DNA from: Hemiscyllium ocellatum
Lineage: Eukaryota
Length of the DNA: 64,000 nucleotides
Assembly (NCBI RefSeq): GCF_020745735.1
Contig: NC_083435.1
Coordinates: 36,047,090 to 36,111,089, forward strand
Direction: 5' to 3'
This document shows positions 21,813-33,400 of the stretch, piece after piece. Under the pieces are notes generated by a model. The model did no database searches. It was not told the DNA's origin and saw only the letters and a program-made list of their open reading frames with translations. Made by a program: the position numbers and the translations under genes. Position 1 is the stretch's first letter; each line of letters opens with the position of its first letter.

Positions 21813-23069
21813 TGTTCTTGAAGAGCTCTCAGTTAATGACATCTGGAATCCTTGGTGTGCCAGACTGGAATATTGTGCTCACAAGTGCCTTAATCATTCC
21901 ACAACAAAAGACTAACTGTGAAGATCTGTAGCTCTTCATTGTTGGTCTGTTCACGATCCGATATCGGAAAGCGTATAAACATGAGAATTAGGAACTGGAG
22001 TAATCCATTTGATTCCTTGAGCCTGCTTCACAATTTAATCAGATCCTGGCTGATACAGTCATGTTTTAAGTGACACATTGTCATCTCATCCCAATAACCT
22101 TTGGTCCCTTTGATGAACAGGAATCTATCTCGCCCTGCCTTAAAAAAAAACAATACTTGTAGACCTATGGATTTATCATTGTATCATGATCTGCGCACCT
22201 GTTGGTTTAGGTGAGCCTGTCAGTTTGTGTGTGTGTGCGCATGTATGTACTGTTGCTATCTAACATTGCATCAATGTTCATTTGCCTTTCGCTGTAATTC
22301 CTCCTTCTTCCTATCCACCCACTGGATCCCTCTGTCTGCCTGAAATGTGAGTCAAATACTCAGGCCACATTATGATCTGGAATCACCTTCCCCTGAGCTA
22401 CCTGACACTGCCAATGGAGATCAGGTGGTTAAATAAGATCCTGATACTAAAGTCCACCTAAAAGCTGAGCTACCAGCTATCGATGCTCTGACCATGAATC
22501 ACGGTGACAATGTTCAGCTCATGGGGTTCCAGTGTCTGAGGATCCAATCCTGAAGATGGTCTTTGCTGTACATTTTGAGATAAGCAGTAAGATTATAAGG
22601 TTTGTTTTAAAGAGTCACTGGAGAGATTTTCACAGAGACAGAGTGCAACAATGACTGAGAACACTAACTGGGAGAAAACTCACCAAGATGAAGAATAAAG
22701 ACAACACAGCTAAAGCTGCAAAGACCTATGGGACATTTAATTTAAATGCTGCCTGTTTTCGAATGAGATATTGAACCGAGATCCTGTCTGTTCTCAGGAA
22801 TTTGTGTAAAATATCAAGAGAAACTGTTTTGAAGAAGAGCTGGTGATTTCTCCCGCAATCATCAACAACACTTGTCCTTCAAATCCCACTGAAAACAGGG
22901 TGAGTGAGTGGATCTTGAAGACTGTGGGTGAAGACAAGGATGAGAAAGTGGAGAGTGAAGGATTGGAGGGAGAGGAACTGGAGAGTATGACGATGCTGCC
23001 CCTTTGACAAGGTTATTTTGTCCTCGGCTTTTATCAAGACGGGTTGTAAAGGCAGAGCTGCCAATATGT

Positions 23070-23582
23070 CTGCAAACGGTTACTTTAAACAATGACAGGG
23101 GAGTAGCCAGTTCTCCCAGCTCAGGTCATTTTCTAGTTTGGTTTGTTTTCAGCAGGCAGTCAGAACTTGCTGGTAGCAAAGAAGCTGCTACAGTTAAAAA
23201 AAAGGTTCCATGCTTCAACAGATATTTCTTGCCTGACTCTTCTCTCTGCAATCTCTCCTGCCTGGAAGAACCTGGGTTTGAAATTCCTTTTTGCCAAGAG
23301 ATATATTTGTGGAGCATCACAGGGATTGGAACAGCTCCTTGGTTAAGTTGCTATATCGGGTCAGTTGGGTTTTCAAAACGTTGTTATTCCGAATTCTGTT
23401 TTCTTTTGTTCATGTTTCAACTGTAGGGTGTAAATAAGTTGTGTTTTGCTTCAAGCTGAGTGGTTTGACCAGCTGCATCACTCCTGGAATATTCACATCA
23501 CATCTGCCTTTAAAACAGGAAAATGTTAGGGTCTGGGAGACCTTCTTAAAGTGTTTTGTGGGGCCTGGCCTGGTCCAGAACA
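23070..23582. mobile_element. LTR fragment (family of 32559-33506 and 52185-52795)
   Basis: ccttttt(g)ccaag and ggtctgggagaccttcttaaa...tggtccagaACA terminus; cuts the alpha1 relic. Confidence 0.5.
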
Positions 23583-23718
23583 CTGATTGAAAGATTGCGC
23601 CATGAATTGCTGCCTGGCAATTGTCCTTTGAATATTACTGACATGATAATTAACTATAACTCCATTCACCATTGCAACCTTTGTTACAACAGAAAAATCT
23701 TCAGTGCCAGAAATTGCT
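23583..23718 (-). pseudogene. Orphan, divergent class I alpha1 exon fragment
   Basis: Translates AISGTEDFSVVTKVAMVNGVIVNYHVSNIQRTIARQQFMAQSFNQ, collinear with gene A alpha1 residues ~11-55; both splice ends are lost. Confidence 0.72.
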
Positions 23719-24495
23719 GGAACAGTAACCAGGGGGCACCCAGTCTATCACTAACCTGGAACAGTAACCAGGGCACACCTGGTCTATCACTAACCTGGAA
23801 CAGTAATGAGGGACACACTCAATCTATCACTAACCTGGAACAGTAACCAGGGGGCACCCAGTCTATCACTAACCTGGAACAGTAACCAGGGCACACCTGG
23901 TCTATCACTAACTTGGAATGGTAAACTGGGACACACCCGGTCTATCATTAACCTGTGGCAGTAACCTGGCAACACACAGTCTATCACGAAACTGGAACAG
24001 TAACCAGCGATACACCTGGTCTAACACTAACCTGGAACAGTAACCTGGGAACACACAGTCTATCACTAACCTGGAGCAGTAACCTAAGACACATCTGGTT
24101 TATTACTAATCTGGAATAATAATCGGGGACAGACCTGATCTATCACTAACCTAAATAGATCTCTTCAAGCTGTTACTAATCAAGGACAATCTGCCACTTT
24201 TCACATGGACCTTACGTTATTAGAATACATCAATGAATTTTAACCCATTCACCGAATCCCTGTGATGTTTGACACACCCAGTCTATCACTAACCTGGAAC
24301 AATAACCAGGGGGAACCCGGTCAATCACTAACCTGGAACAGTAATAAGGGACACACTCAATCTATCACAAACCTGAAATAGTAACCAGGGCACACCCAGT
24401 CTATCACTAACCTGGTACAGTAACCTGGGACACACCCAGTCTATCACTAACCTGGTACAGTAACCTGTGACACACCTGGTCTATCTCTAACCTAA
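23719..24495. repeat. 39-40 bp minisatellite array, two blocks (~11 and ~5.5 units)
   Basis: Unit ggaacagtaacc(a/t)gggacacacc(c/t)(a/g)gtctatcactaacct; 24152-24270 is a non-repeat spacer. Confidence 0.88.
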
Positions 24496-24869
24496 ATCGA
24501 TCTCCCACAGAAGGCAGTTTAAGAAAAACAGTTGATTTAATCCAATGCATTCAGGCTGCTTGGCTCAGACATGCCAGCAGAACAAACAGGACACAAACAG
24601 AGGAGAAAAGCTTCAAACAAATGGGCATGTCCCAGAGGCAGAGAGAAAAATCAGTCAGGACAGTGAGACACTAACACTCTCCCGGGAATGATGCTCGGCC
24701 CAGAGAAAATGACTCCTTTCCCATGGGAAACCCAGTCCTGCCAGCCTAAGACCTTCCCCAGGGGCAGTAAAGAGATAGGATGTTCCAGTCTATGAGGTTA
24801 GATGCCCCATTAAAACAGGATTAAAGACAGAGGAGTTAGCCATCTGTTTACCTTTCCCCCAGCCCAGCC

Positions 24870-25640
24870 TATCCCACTTCCTGGGCAGTACCCTGGTGTT
24901 AACCTAGAACCTGGGTAAGTTGTTTTTTTTTCCCCTATAAAGGCGTGCAGCTTCAAGGCCTCGGCCTCACTCTCCCAGCAGAGCAGGTAAGGGCTGTTTG
25001 GCAGTGCTGCTTGAAGGCTCGGTGACGTTTGTTTAACGGTTTAAATTTGAATTTTTTTTAAAAAAGCACGGAGCGGACCCGGAAGCTGGTGTAGCGCAAG
25101 CTTACCTGGGTAAGTTGTTTCCCTATAAAGGCGCGCAGGAGAGGAACCCGAGGTAGTGCCTCTCACCCGCCCTTCTCCTCGCACCTAATAATAAGCCCCG
25201 TTGTGGTAAGAAGGTAAGTGCTACATTTTGCTTTTTCTAGTGTTTAGACCTAGTTTTTTTTTAAAGGTTACTTTTAGAGGGATGGCAGTGAAGGCAGTGC
25301 AATGTTCCTCTTGCAACATGTTTGAGGTGAGGGATGCCATGGTTGTCCCTGCTGATTACACTTGCAGGAAGTGCACCCATCTCCAGCTCCTCCAAGGCCG
25401 TGTTAGGGATCTGGAGCTGGAGTTGGATGAACTTAGGATCATTCGGGAGGCAGAAGGGGGTCATAGATCGGAGCTTTAGGGAAGTAGTAACTCCAAAGAT
25501 TGCAGACAGATGGGTCACAGTGAGGGGGACTGGGATGAAGCAGCCAGTGCAGAGACCCCTGCGGCCGTTCCCCTCAAGAACAAGTACCGTTTTGGATTCT
25601 TGTGGGGGGGGGATGACTTACAAGGGGTAAGTTGTCTATT
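24870..25640 (+). mobile_element. CR1 LINE 5' end with ORF1 N-terminus
   Basis: MAVKAVQCSSCNMFE...YTCRKCTHLQLLQGRVRDLELELDELR: zinc finger plus coiled coil, typical of CR1 ORF1. Confidence 0.7.
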
Positions 25641-25644
25641 GGAA

Positions 25645-25965
25645 CCATTTCCCATTTGCTCTGAGCTTCTCTGATCTCAGGGTTTCTGCATTTTGGAGAA
25701 TGGGGTTAAGCCGCTGTCCCTGTTCCAATCAGAGACTGGGAGGAAGGGGAGTTGGCACCAACTGGTGTTGAGAGTCTGAAAGGACAAACCACCTTCTCCC
25801 CCACCAGTCCATGTCAATGCTGAGCTGCAGGTCATTTCCTGAGCTTCAAGCTGCAGAAGCAGAGAGTCAGTGATTGGTCCCAGTCTCAGTAAAATACCCA
25901 ATAAAGAGATGAACAGATTTCTGTCACCAGTTCCCAGGAGGATCACACTCAGACAGGTTGAGTTA
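25645..25965 (-). pseudogene. Orphan class I promoter/5' UTR relic lacking the leader exon
   Basis: 25810-25965 is nearly identical to 14225-14375 (S-X-Y at 25898-25960); 25645-25695 matches intron 1 at 13810-13860; the leader in between is absent. Confidence 0.72.
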
Positions 25966-26242
25966 CTCACTTTAGTGCATGGATAAGCCGAGAGGGAAAA
26001 GGGAGAAAGAGAGAGATTTTGAACTTCAGAAGTTGGTACTGAAAAATGAAAGACAATTTAAAATGGTGGGTGTAGAGGTGAAAGGTGGGATTAGTGATGG
26101 GAATAGTGATGGCCAGTAAACCCAGTGTAGCCAAAGGCCTGGTGGGATCTGTTTATCTCTGTCCAAGCCTTGGCTAGGTTTGGCAAGAACTATGTGGAAG
26201 CCCTTTTTAATTCGTTTATGAAAGTGGCTAAACAAATGGAAT

Positions 26243-26462
26243 CTGCGAGGAGAAAGTGAGGGCTGCAGATGCTGGAGATCAGAGCTGAAAATGTGTTGCT
26301 GGTAAAGCGCAGCAGGTCAGGCAGCATCCAAGGAACAGGAGAATCGACGTTTCAGGCATGAGCCCTTCTTCAGGAAGAAGGGCTCATGCCCGAAACCTCG
26401 ATTCTCCTGCTCTTTGGATGCTGCCTGACCTGCTGCGCTTTTCCAGCAACACATTTTCAGCT
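26243..26462. mobile_element. 220-bp fold-back Penelope-like terminal element with 15-bp TSD
   Basis: CTAAACAAATGGAAT at 26228-26242 and 26463-26477; arms ~26281-26371 and ~26374-26462 are reverse complements. Confidence 0.78.
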
Positions 26463-27339
26463 CTAAACAAATGGAATGGCTAGTGATCATCGAGGGCATT
26501 ATTAATGCAAACAGAGGTAGTAGATAAAGCTGGTGAAGTGTTTGAATCACTATCAGAGGAGGTACCTGAGGAATATGAGAAGGTAAACAAAACCAAATAT
26601 GCAGATGAACTAGTGCCAGAGGTCAACAGCTAATGTTTTGAAATCTAAAGAAGGTACCTCATCAGGATACTTTGAGTTTGAAAGAATCAAACAAAGTAAC
26701 TTTAAGAGGTGAATAGGGGCATTAAAATAGATCAGACATATGACACTTCTAGGGGGAACTGTTATTTTGGAGGATTTGAAAATTAATTCCCTGATTTAGT
26801 GTGAACACATATGGAAGAGCTCAGAGATTAGCAGCAGAATTGGCTGATGATTATTTCAATCTGTGAGGGACAGAATTTGGGCAGAGAGATATCCTCAGGT
26901 GGTAAAGGAAAGGGTTGAAGACAATAAAAACAGTTTACCACAAATTAAAAAGGAAAACCAAGAAGGGGGAAGAGAAATTTTAAAAACTCAGACATTTTCA
27001 CTGTCATAAGGAGGGAGACATGAGTTGCAATGTTGGCGGTTGAGGAAAAGCACTGGGAAGAAGGATATGGTAAAACAGGAGAAGCTAGTGGGGTTTTGTT
27101 AAAGCAGTAAAGGAGATTGATCACAGTAGAAGCTAAAAAGCTGCAGGAGGAATGTACAGCCTGGTCAGGGGTTGGTTGAGAAGAAAGGGCCAGATCTCTT
27201 TAAGGAACGTTCCTGTGCAGGAGGAAGCGCATGGAACCAGGAAACATCAATCTTTGATGCTGAGGAATGAGGGAATATGTCATTCAAAAGGAAGACAGGG
27301 GCGACCCCAGTATCCATGGAATTGTTTTCTGTGGTTTCA

Positions 27340-27509
27340 GTTACTGACGCCCGAACACACGAAAGGGAATGTTCCGGAACCAGGGACCAGGAGGCTGCCG
27401 GGAAGGTACATTTCCCATGTAAATGAATGGGCTCGCTCCTATCCACCATTTCAAGTTTCCGCGGATAGGTCCTGGAACGTATCCCCCCTGGGTACGGAGG
27501 AGACTACTG
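27340..27509 (-). mobile_element. Single end of a TcMar/Tigger-like DNA transposon
   Basis: Minus strand starts CAGTAGTCTCCTCCGTACCCAGGGGGGATACGTTCCAGGACC next to TA; the other TIR was not found. Confidence 0.4.
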
Positions 27510-30440
27510 TATTGACAGAAATTTGGGAATATGTTGCATTCAAATTCAAAGTGAGGTTGGAGAGTCCGGTGAAAAGTGGTGGAGGGTCAATAGGAATATG
27601 AGAGAAATTCCCTGTTCAGGAAATTCAGTTTATCCTTGGAAAGGAGGCAGCTGGATTACGGGTGGGAGTGATACCTACTGTGTTTGGAAAACCAGTTGAA
27701 AACCCAACAATTGAGGTGTCACAGGAAATATATTCTGGGATTTTTCCTGATTGTGTGGGTAGATGCCAGTGTTGTAACTGTACTGGAACAGTTTGGATAC
27801 AGCACAAGCCTGCACCACCTGCTGCAGACCCAGTCTAGCAGCTATATCCTTTAGTACAAGTCTGATGTTGGTCATCAAACCCATCACACACACTCACATC
27901 CTCAGGGAATATCGATGAAATGGAAGCGATGTCCAGAATCTCCATCAGGTTCTGACACAATCTCCATTCCCTCACATTTGTGTGTTCCCACTCTCTGGGA
28001 ATGGACTTTCCCTGATTGTGTTGACAGGTACGGAATTATCAGTTGGATTTTACAATAGAGGCAGATGGATATTGGTCAGTTTGTAAAGGTGATCATATTA
28101 AAGAGGTCAGAAAGTCATTTAAAACAGTGATCTCTGTGCATCAATTCTCATCTAGCAAACAAACAGAATCCCTTGGGTGTGAATGAATTAAGAGTTGTCA
28201 CTGCTGAGTTCATGCCAAACTGGGAAAAGAGAGAAAGGTCAATAGTTTCGTTTTGACTTCAGGACAGAAGGTTAAAGGTCTCAGTTCAGGGGTGAGAACA
28301 GTTTTCTCCTTGCAAGAAAATGACATTTTTAGTTCAATCCAGGAAAACCAGAGACCCGAGCCAGAGGGCTGCAGTTTCTGGAACTTCTCAACCGGGAGAG
28401 TTTGGATCAAAGTCAGTTGTTGGAACTGGAAAGATTGAAACAATCCGAATTGTGAACGGTTCATTCCAGCAGATTTGGGAAGGAGTCATGAATCTGTCTC
28501 AGCGTTCCAAGGATAAGGAACTAGGGAGAGCCAGTAAAATAAATACTGACAGAATTGACCTTTTAGTGAATATCTGTAACCGTGTTGTGGAACAGATTGA
28601 ACCCGTTTTCTTATTTGCACAAAGATCTTTCTGACTGCGGATATATACTGTATATAAAATACACAGCTTTGGTTGTTTCTTTTCCTTTCTTGTGTCAACA
28701 TAGACTCCCTTGTAAAAGAACATCAGCAGCTTCATGTGAATATGTTTCAGTGACTAACCTGCATGGGAACCCCATCTACAAATATTCCACCTCAAACCCA
28801 GGTTTCATTCCAGGATTGGACTGTCCCTGGTGACCGAATATCATTCAAACTGACGGGAATTTTGTTCCTGCAGATGGAACACGTGTGACACAGACTTGCA
28901 GGAAGTGACTGAGGGAACAGAGAGTCAGGAATAAAATCCATTTTCATTTTATTCACATTTCTTACATTCTCATTATTCAAGCACTGTATCATTTTTCAAA
29001 CAAGAATTACATTGTACCAAAAGATAGCTGACATCGTTTAAAAGATTCTGACAGGATTGATCAGGAGCAATGACTTTTTTTTATCAAGAGTTATCACCTC
29101 AGTATAATCATTAACATGTCCAATTGGAGGATAGACTTGAAGCTGAAATCCCATTCCTGGAGAGTGGACAGGTCAGGGGTCACTTTACAATTCTCTCCTG
29201 ATAAAGTCTCAAGGATTGTGTGGGTCATTCAGCTGGTGAGCCTGCCCTTTCCTCCCTCCAATAGCTGCTGGGTCACCAGTCAGTGAAGTATTCCTGATTC
29301 TCAGCAGCTGCCTGGCCCTCTCTTCACACTCCCCTCCACAACCCCTCTCCCCCCGGGGAATGAACACTCCCAGACATGATCAACCATCCAACTCTGAAAC
29401 ACATATATGAAATAAACCTCGCTTTGTACTCCCTGGTGAGTTTGGGGAAGGCTTGTTGGGGAGTTGGATGGTCTTAACTCCCCCAGTTCACATTGAAGTG
29501 AAGCTCAACATCTGCTGATTCCAAGAGCCACAAGCTGCTGCTGTGTAAATGAATATAATCATTCCTGTGGAATCATTAATAAAAACATCAAAATCAATAA
29601 GACAATAAATAACTTCTAGCAATTACAAATGACACATATTGGTGATTGTAGTTAAACAATGGTGATAAGTAGTGACAGATTTAAGTATTAACCAATAAAT
29701 CAGATTTAGAGTATTTATATAGACATTTATCTAAGAATTAGAATTTGTAAAACTGATATTTATGTACAGAGCTTACATAACATGTGAAGTTTGTTAATGT
29801 CAGATACAAAACCAATTTCCTTCAATATAAAAACTGTCCCTGAGTTCCCTCAGGACATTGCTTCATTTCAGGTCAATCAGTGACACATTGAAGACAGTGA
29901 AGATGAGAAAGTGTGAGGGAGGAACCATCCGTGAGGATCCCTCTGACGGTGACACTGCACACATTTCTGGGACGGGATGGAAACACGGCTGGAGAAGGTC
30001 TCACTTGAAGAACCAGGATCCAAACTTTTGGATCTGGGATTCACTGCTCAATGTGTGGAAACACATTCCCTGAAAAATTGATCTCAGTCCTGAAAGAATT
30101 GAGTGTGAGCATGAGCTGTAATTCTGTGTATCTGCTGTAATATGGAAGGACAGACAATGGTGTCCATGTTCACACTGGAACAGGAGAATCCCGTTATTCC
30201 GCAATGACGCTCCAGGAATGTCCTGTAGCGGGGCCCAGGAAACCCCAAGGTTAGGAATGGAGAGACACAAGGCAATCACTTCAGGGTGGGGAAGGGAGGG
30301 GAATTAGTCTGACAGGGTTTAACAGTGACTGGGAGGGTGCGACAGGGTCAGGACGGATGTGAAAATGTTCCAAATAAATCTAGAGAATCTAAATCTAAAT
30401 AAATTGAAGTCAGAGAAAAGTTGCCATGTCACTTACTGAA

Positions 30441-30472
30441 TCATGAAGAAGCTGCACCAGAGACTTCAAAAG
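30441..30472 (-). CDS. Gene B exon 7, last coding exon (TFEVSGAASS*)
   Basis: Homologous to 4455-4486, with the same stop followed by a donor. Confidence 0.72.
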
Positions 30473-33400
30473 CTGAGAAAATAAAAACAGAACATGAGAA
30501 ATTATATCAAATATAAAATAAGACAGTGTGAGATATTCTCTATCACTCACTGGACCCAGGATTTAATCGCCCTCAGCATTAACTAACCAGACTCTCCGAG
30601 CCCCCCCCAGATTAAATTCCCAGTGGGAATTAAGGATAAGTGAGTGGAGGGAGGGGCTGTGGGGGAAGGGAATGGAGGGTGACAATTCGAAGGAGAGACA
30701 CTGGGGACATGGAGTAGAGAAACAGGACGATAAGAGAGTGTTGGCTGAGAAACAGCACTGTGAGGAGACGGACCCGTCACCCTGAGCAACACCCTGGCAA
30801 ATATAACTCTACACTCTAATAGGGGCAGCACGGTGGCTCAGTGGTTAGCACTATTGCCTGACAGCACCAGGGACCCGGGTACAATTCCCACCTCGGGTAT
30901 CTGTCTGTGTGGAGTTTGCACATTCTCCCCGTGTCTGTGTGGGTTTCCTCCGGGTGCTCCAGTTTTCCACAATCCAAAGATGTGCAGGTCAGGTGAATTG
31001 GCCATGCTACATTGCCCATGGTGTTAGGTGTGTTAGTCAGAGGTAAATATAGGGTAGGGGAATGGGTCTGGGTGGGTTCCTCTTCAGAGGGTTGGACTGA
31101 AAGGCCTGTTTCCATACTGCAGGTGATCTGATCTACACCTCCCATTACCTTATCCATCATTCCCAACACTCTGGCCCCTCAGTCACTTACTGGGAGCTGT
31201 TGTGTAGGTCCCACTTGGTGAACCTGCAGAAACAAAATAAACATCCATTAGGATGGGGAATAATCCATTCTCAGAGAGTGAGAACAGATGTTCAAAATTT
31301 ATCAAGGTGATGGCACACAGACAAGGCAGTAAGGAAGGTTTTACAGAGATTGTGTCAGAAATCCTCATTCCCATACTCCCCTCCCCTCCCCTGCATCCCC
31401 ACCAGATGCAGAAAACCCCTTCCATTCCATTAATATTCACTCAGTGAGGATCTGATTGGGTCCAGTGGGTTTAATGATAAATATTAGACCTGGTCTAAGC
31501 TGATCAGACAGTGAACGAGATGTGTTTATACGTGTGTATCTGTGTGTGGGGATTCAATCAGTTCCACTCCCCACAGTGCCCTGTTTTCCCAGTACTGGAG
31601 ATTCCCCCACACTCACTCTGTCCCCTCAGTTTCACATTCCCCTCTCTCTGATTCTTACCTCTCCGTGACCATTTCCAGATGATTATTCCGACTATCCCGA
31701 CAATAACAGCCAATAGAATGACCATTGATGCAATGAGACTTCCAAGATGGGAATGCAGCCAATTGCTTTTCAGATTTTCTGAAACGCATTGGAAATATAT
31801 CAGGATTCTCTCTGTTCCTGGATTTATTTCTAACTCTGTGTTGATTGGGAACAATTTTAACTGCTCCGAGCTGTTGGGAATTGTTGGGATTGGTTGAAAT
31901 GCTGGTTTGACCCTCTCCCGATTTCACTCTCCAGTGAAGTCACCAAGGATCCCATTGATAGGGGTATAAACATCGTGTTGTACCTGTCCTGGGGGTTACC
32001 TCCCCAGACAGTTCAGTTCCCATTCTCCCCGATACCTCTGTGTCCTGTCCTTACTCGTGCTGGTGGGGTAGATCGGCCTTGGGTGAGGTGAAGGAGTGAG
32101 TGAAGGGTTGGAGGGGTGCAGTTACATGTCCCAGAAAGGCACTTCCTCAGTGGTTGGGCAAGGGGCAGTTTGGGAACTCACTGGTGAGTGTCGGGGATGT
32201 TAAGTACCAATGGAATGGTGTTTGGGTGCCACAGTGGGCTGGGTGATGGGGCCTTGTTAGGTATCCAGTTGTGGAGGTCTGTGTTGTGTCCCAGTTGTCT
32301 GTCCAGGGTGATGCACTGCGAGTCTGACAGACGTCAGGAGGCGGTGAGCTGGTGTTGGTGCTGGGGAGAGGTCAAGTGTTGGTTGCAGAATGTCCGGTCA
32401 TGGGTTTGAGGTGTTGGGGTCAAAGAGTTAAAGAGTCACACAACAAGTGTGCGTGTGTGTTCAGTCAAACTAGCCCACATTGACCAGAGATCCTCATCAG
32501 TGGGTGAATGGAGAGATCAGCAGTACGTTTGGCGATATTCGGTTTTCTAGTTCTCTGGTGTTAGGGACCAGACCAGGCCCCCTCAAAATATTTGAATAAG
32601 GTAGCCTCGATCTGAACTGCTTTTTATTTTAAAGCTAGATGGGAAATGCTGTGTTCCACATACAACGCAAGTGGTCAAACAACTCGATGTTAAGCAAAAC
32701 ACAATTTACATAAATGCTGTAATTATAATACAAACAAAAGAAACAGAAATTTAGAATAACTTAACAATTGAAAAATGCAACCGAATACAGTACCTATTAC
32801 TAATTAACTGCTGTAATATTGTAACATCCTATACACCTTGGCAAAAAGGTAAATTCAGACACAGATTCTTACATGCAGTTCTCCAATCCTGGTGGAAATA
32901 ATATCAAGAAAAAAATGCAAACAGTAGTAGCCAGGTGACACTCACTGAAGCTGCCATCTCGTTTGAGACCCCAAAGGCTTCTGATGTAACTGAAAAAACC
33001 AAACTGAGAAATCTGGATCTGTGAGAGCTGGCCACGCCCATTCAGACTGCTTCTATTGTTCCAGCTTAAAAAAAACCCCAAGGCCTCACAACTGGTTTAC
33101 CTCAGTCATCATCACCAGGGAGTTTGGTGCCTCTGCCTTACAAGCTCTCTTCAAAACAAAAACTAAGACACAAACAGCCTTTTAAAGTGACAGCATCATC
33201 ACACGAGGAGTTAAAGAAGCTTCCAATCCCTAACTTCAGAACTTGTGGTCTTTCCAGAGGATTCTAGATGCGAGGTAATTGTCCATCGGAAGTTGAAACT
33301 TCCCGGACAAATCCCATTCAGTGAGTCAGGAATTTTGAGGGGTCCAGACCCTCCTCTCTCAGGTTGTGGTGTCCAGTCTCTGACTGTCTGGCTACTGGAC

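Larger units (their letters stand above)
26000..27740 (+). mobile_element. Degenerate Gypsy-like LTR retrotransposon internal region (gag and start of pol)
   Basis: Broken gag-like frames (ELVPE, FERIKQSNF, AAELADDY) and a CCHC-knuckle remnant near 26995-27030. Confidence 0.55.

Noticed and set aside
24152-24270. Spacer within the minisatellite as a second alpha1 relic (GTGAATGG and TGGCAGATT matches)
   Set aside because: Only two short matches, wrong spacing, stops and frameshifts; not supportable without an alignment score
23719-24495. Regular ~40-bp repeats as a CRISPR array
   Set aside because: Units are contiguous with no unique spacers, there are no cas genes, and the context is eukaryotic
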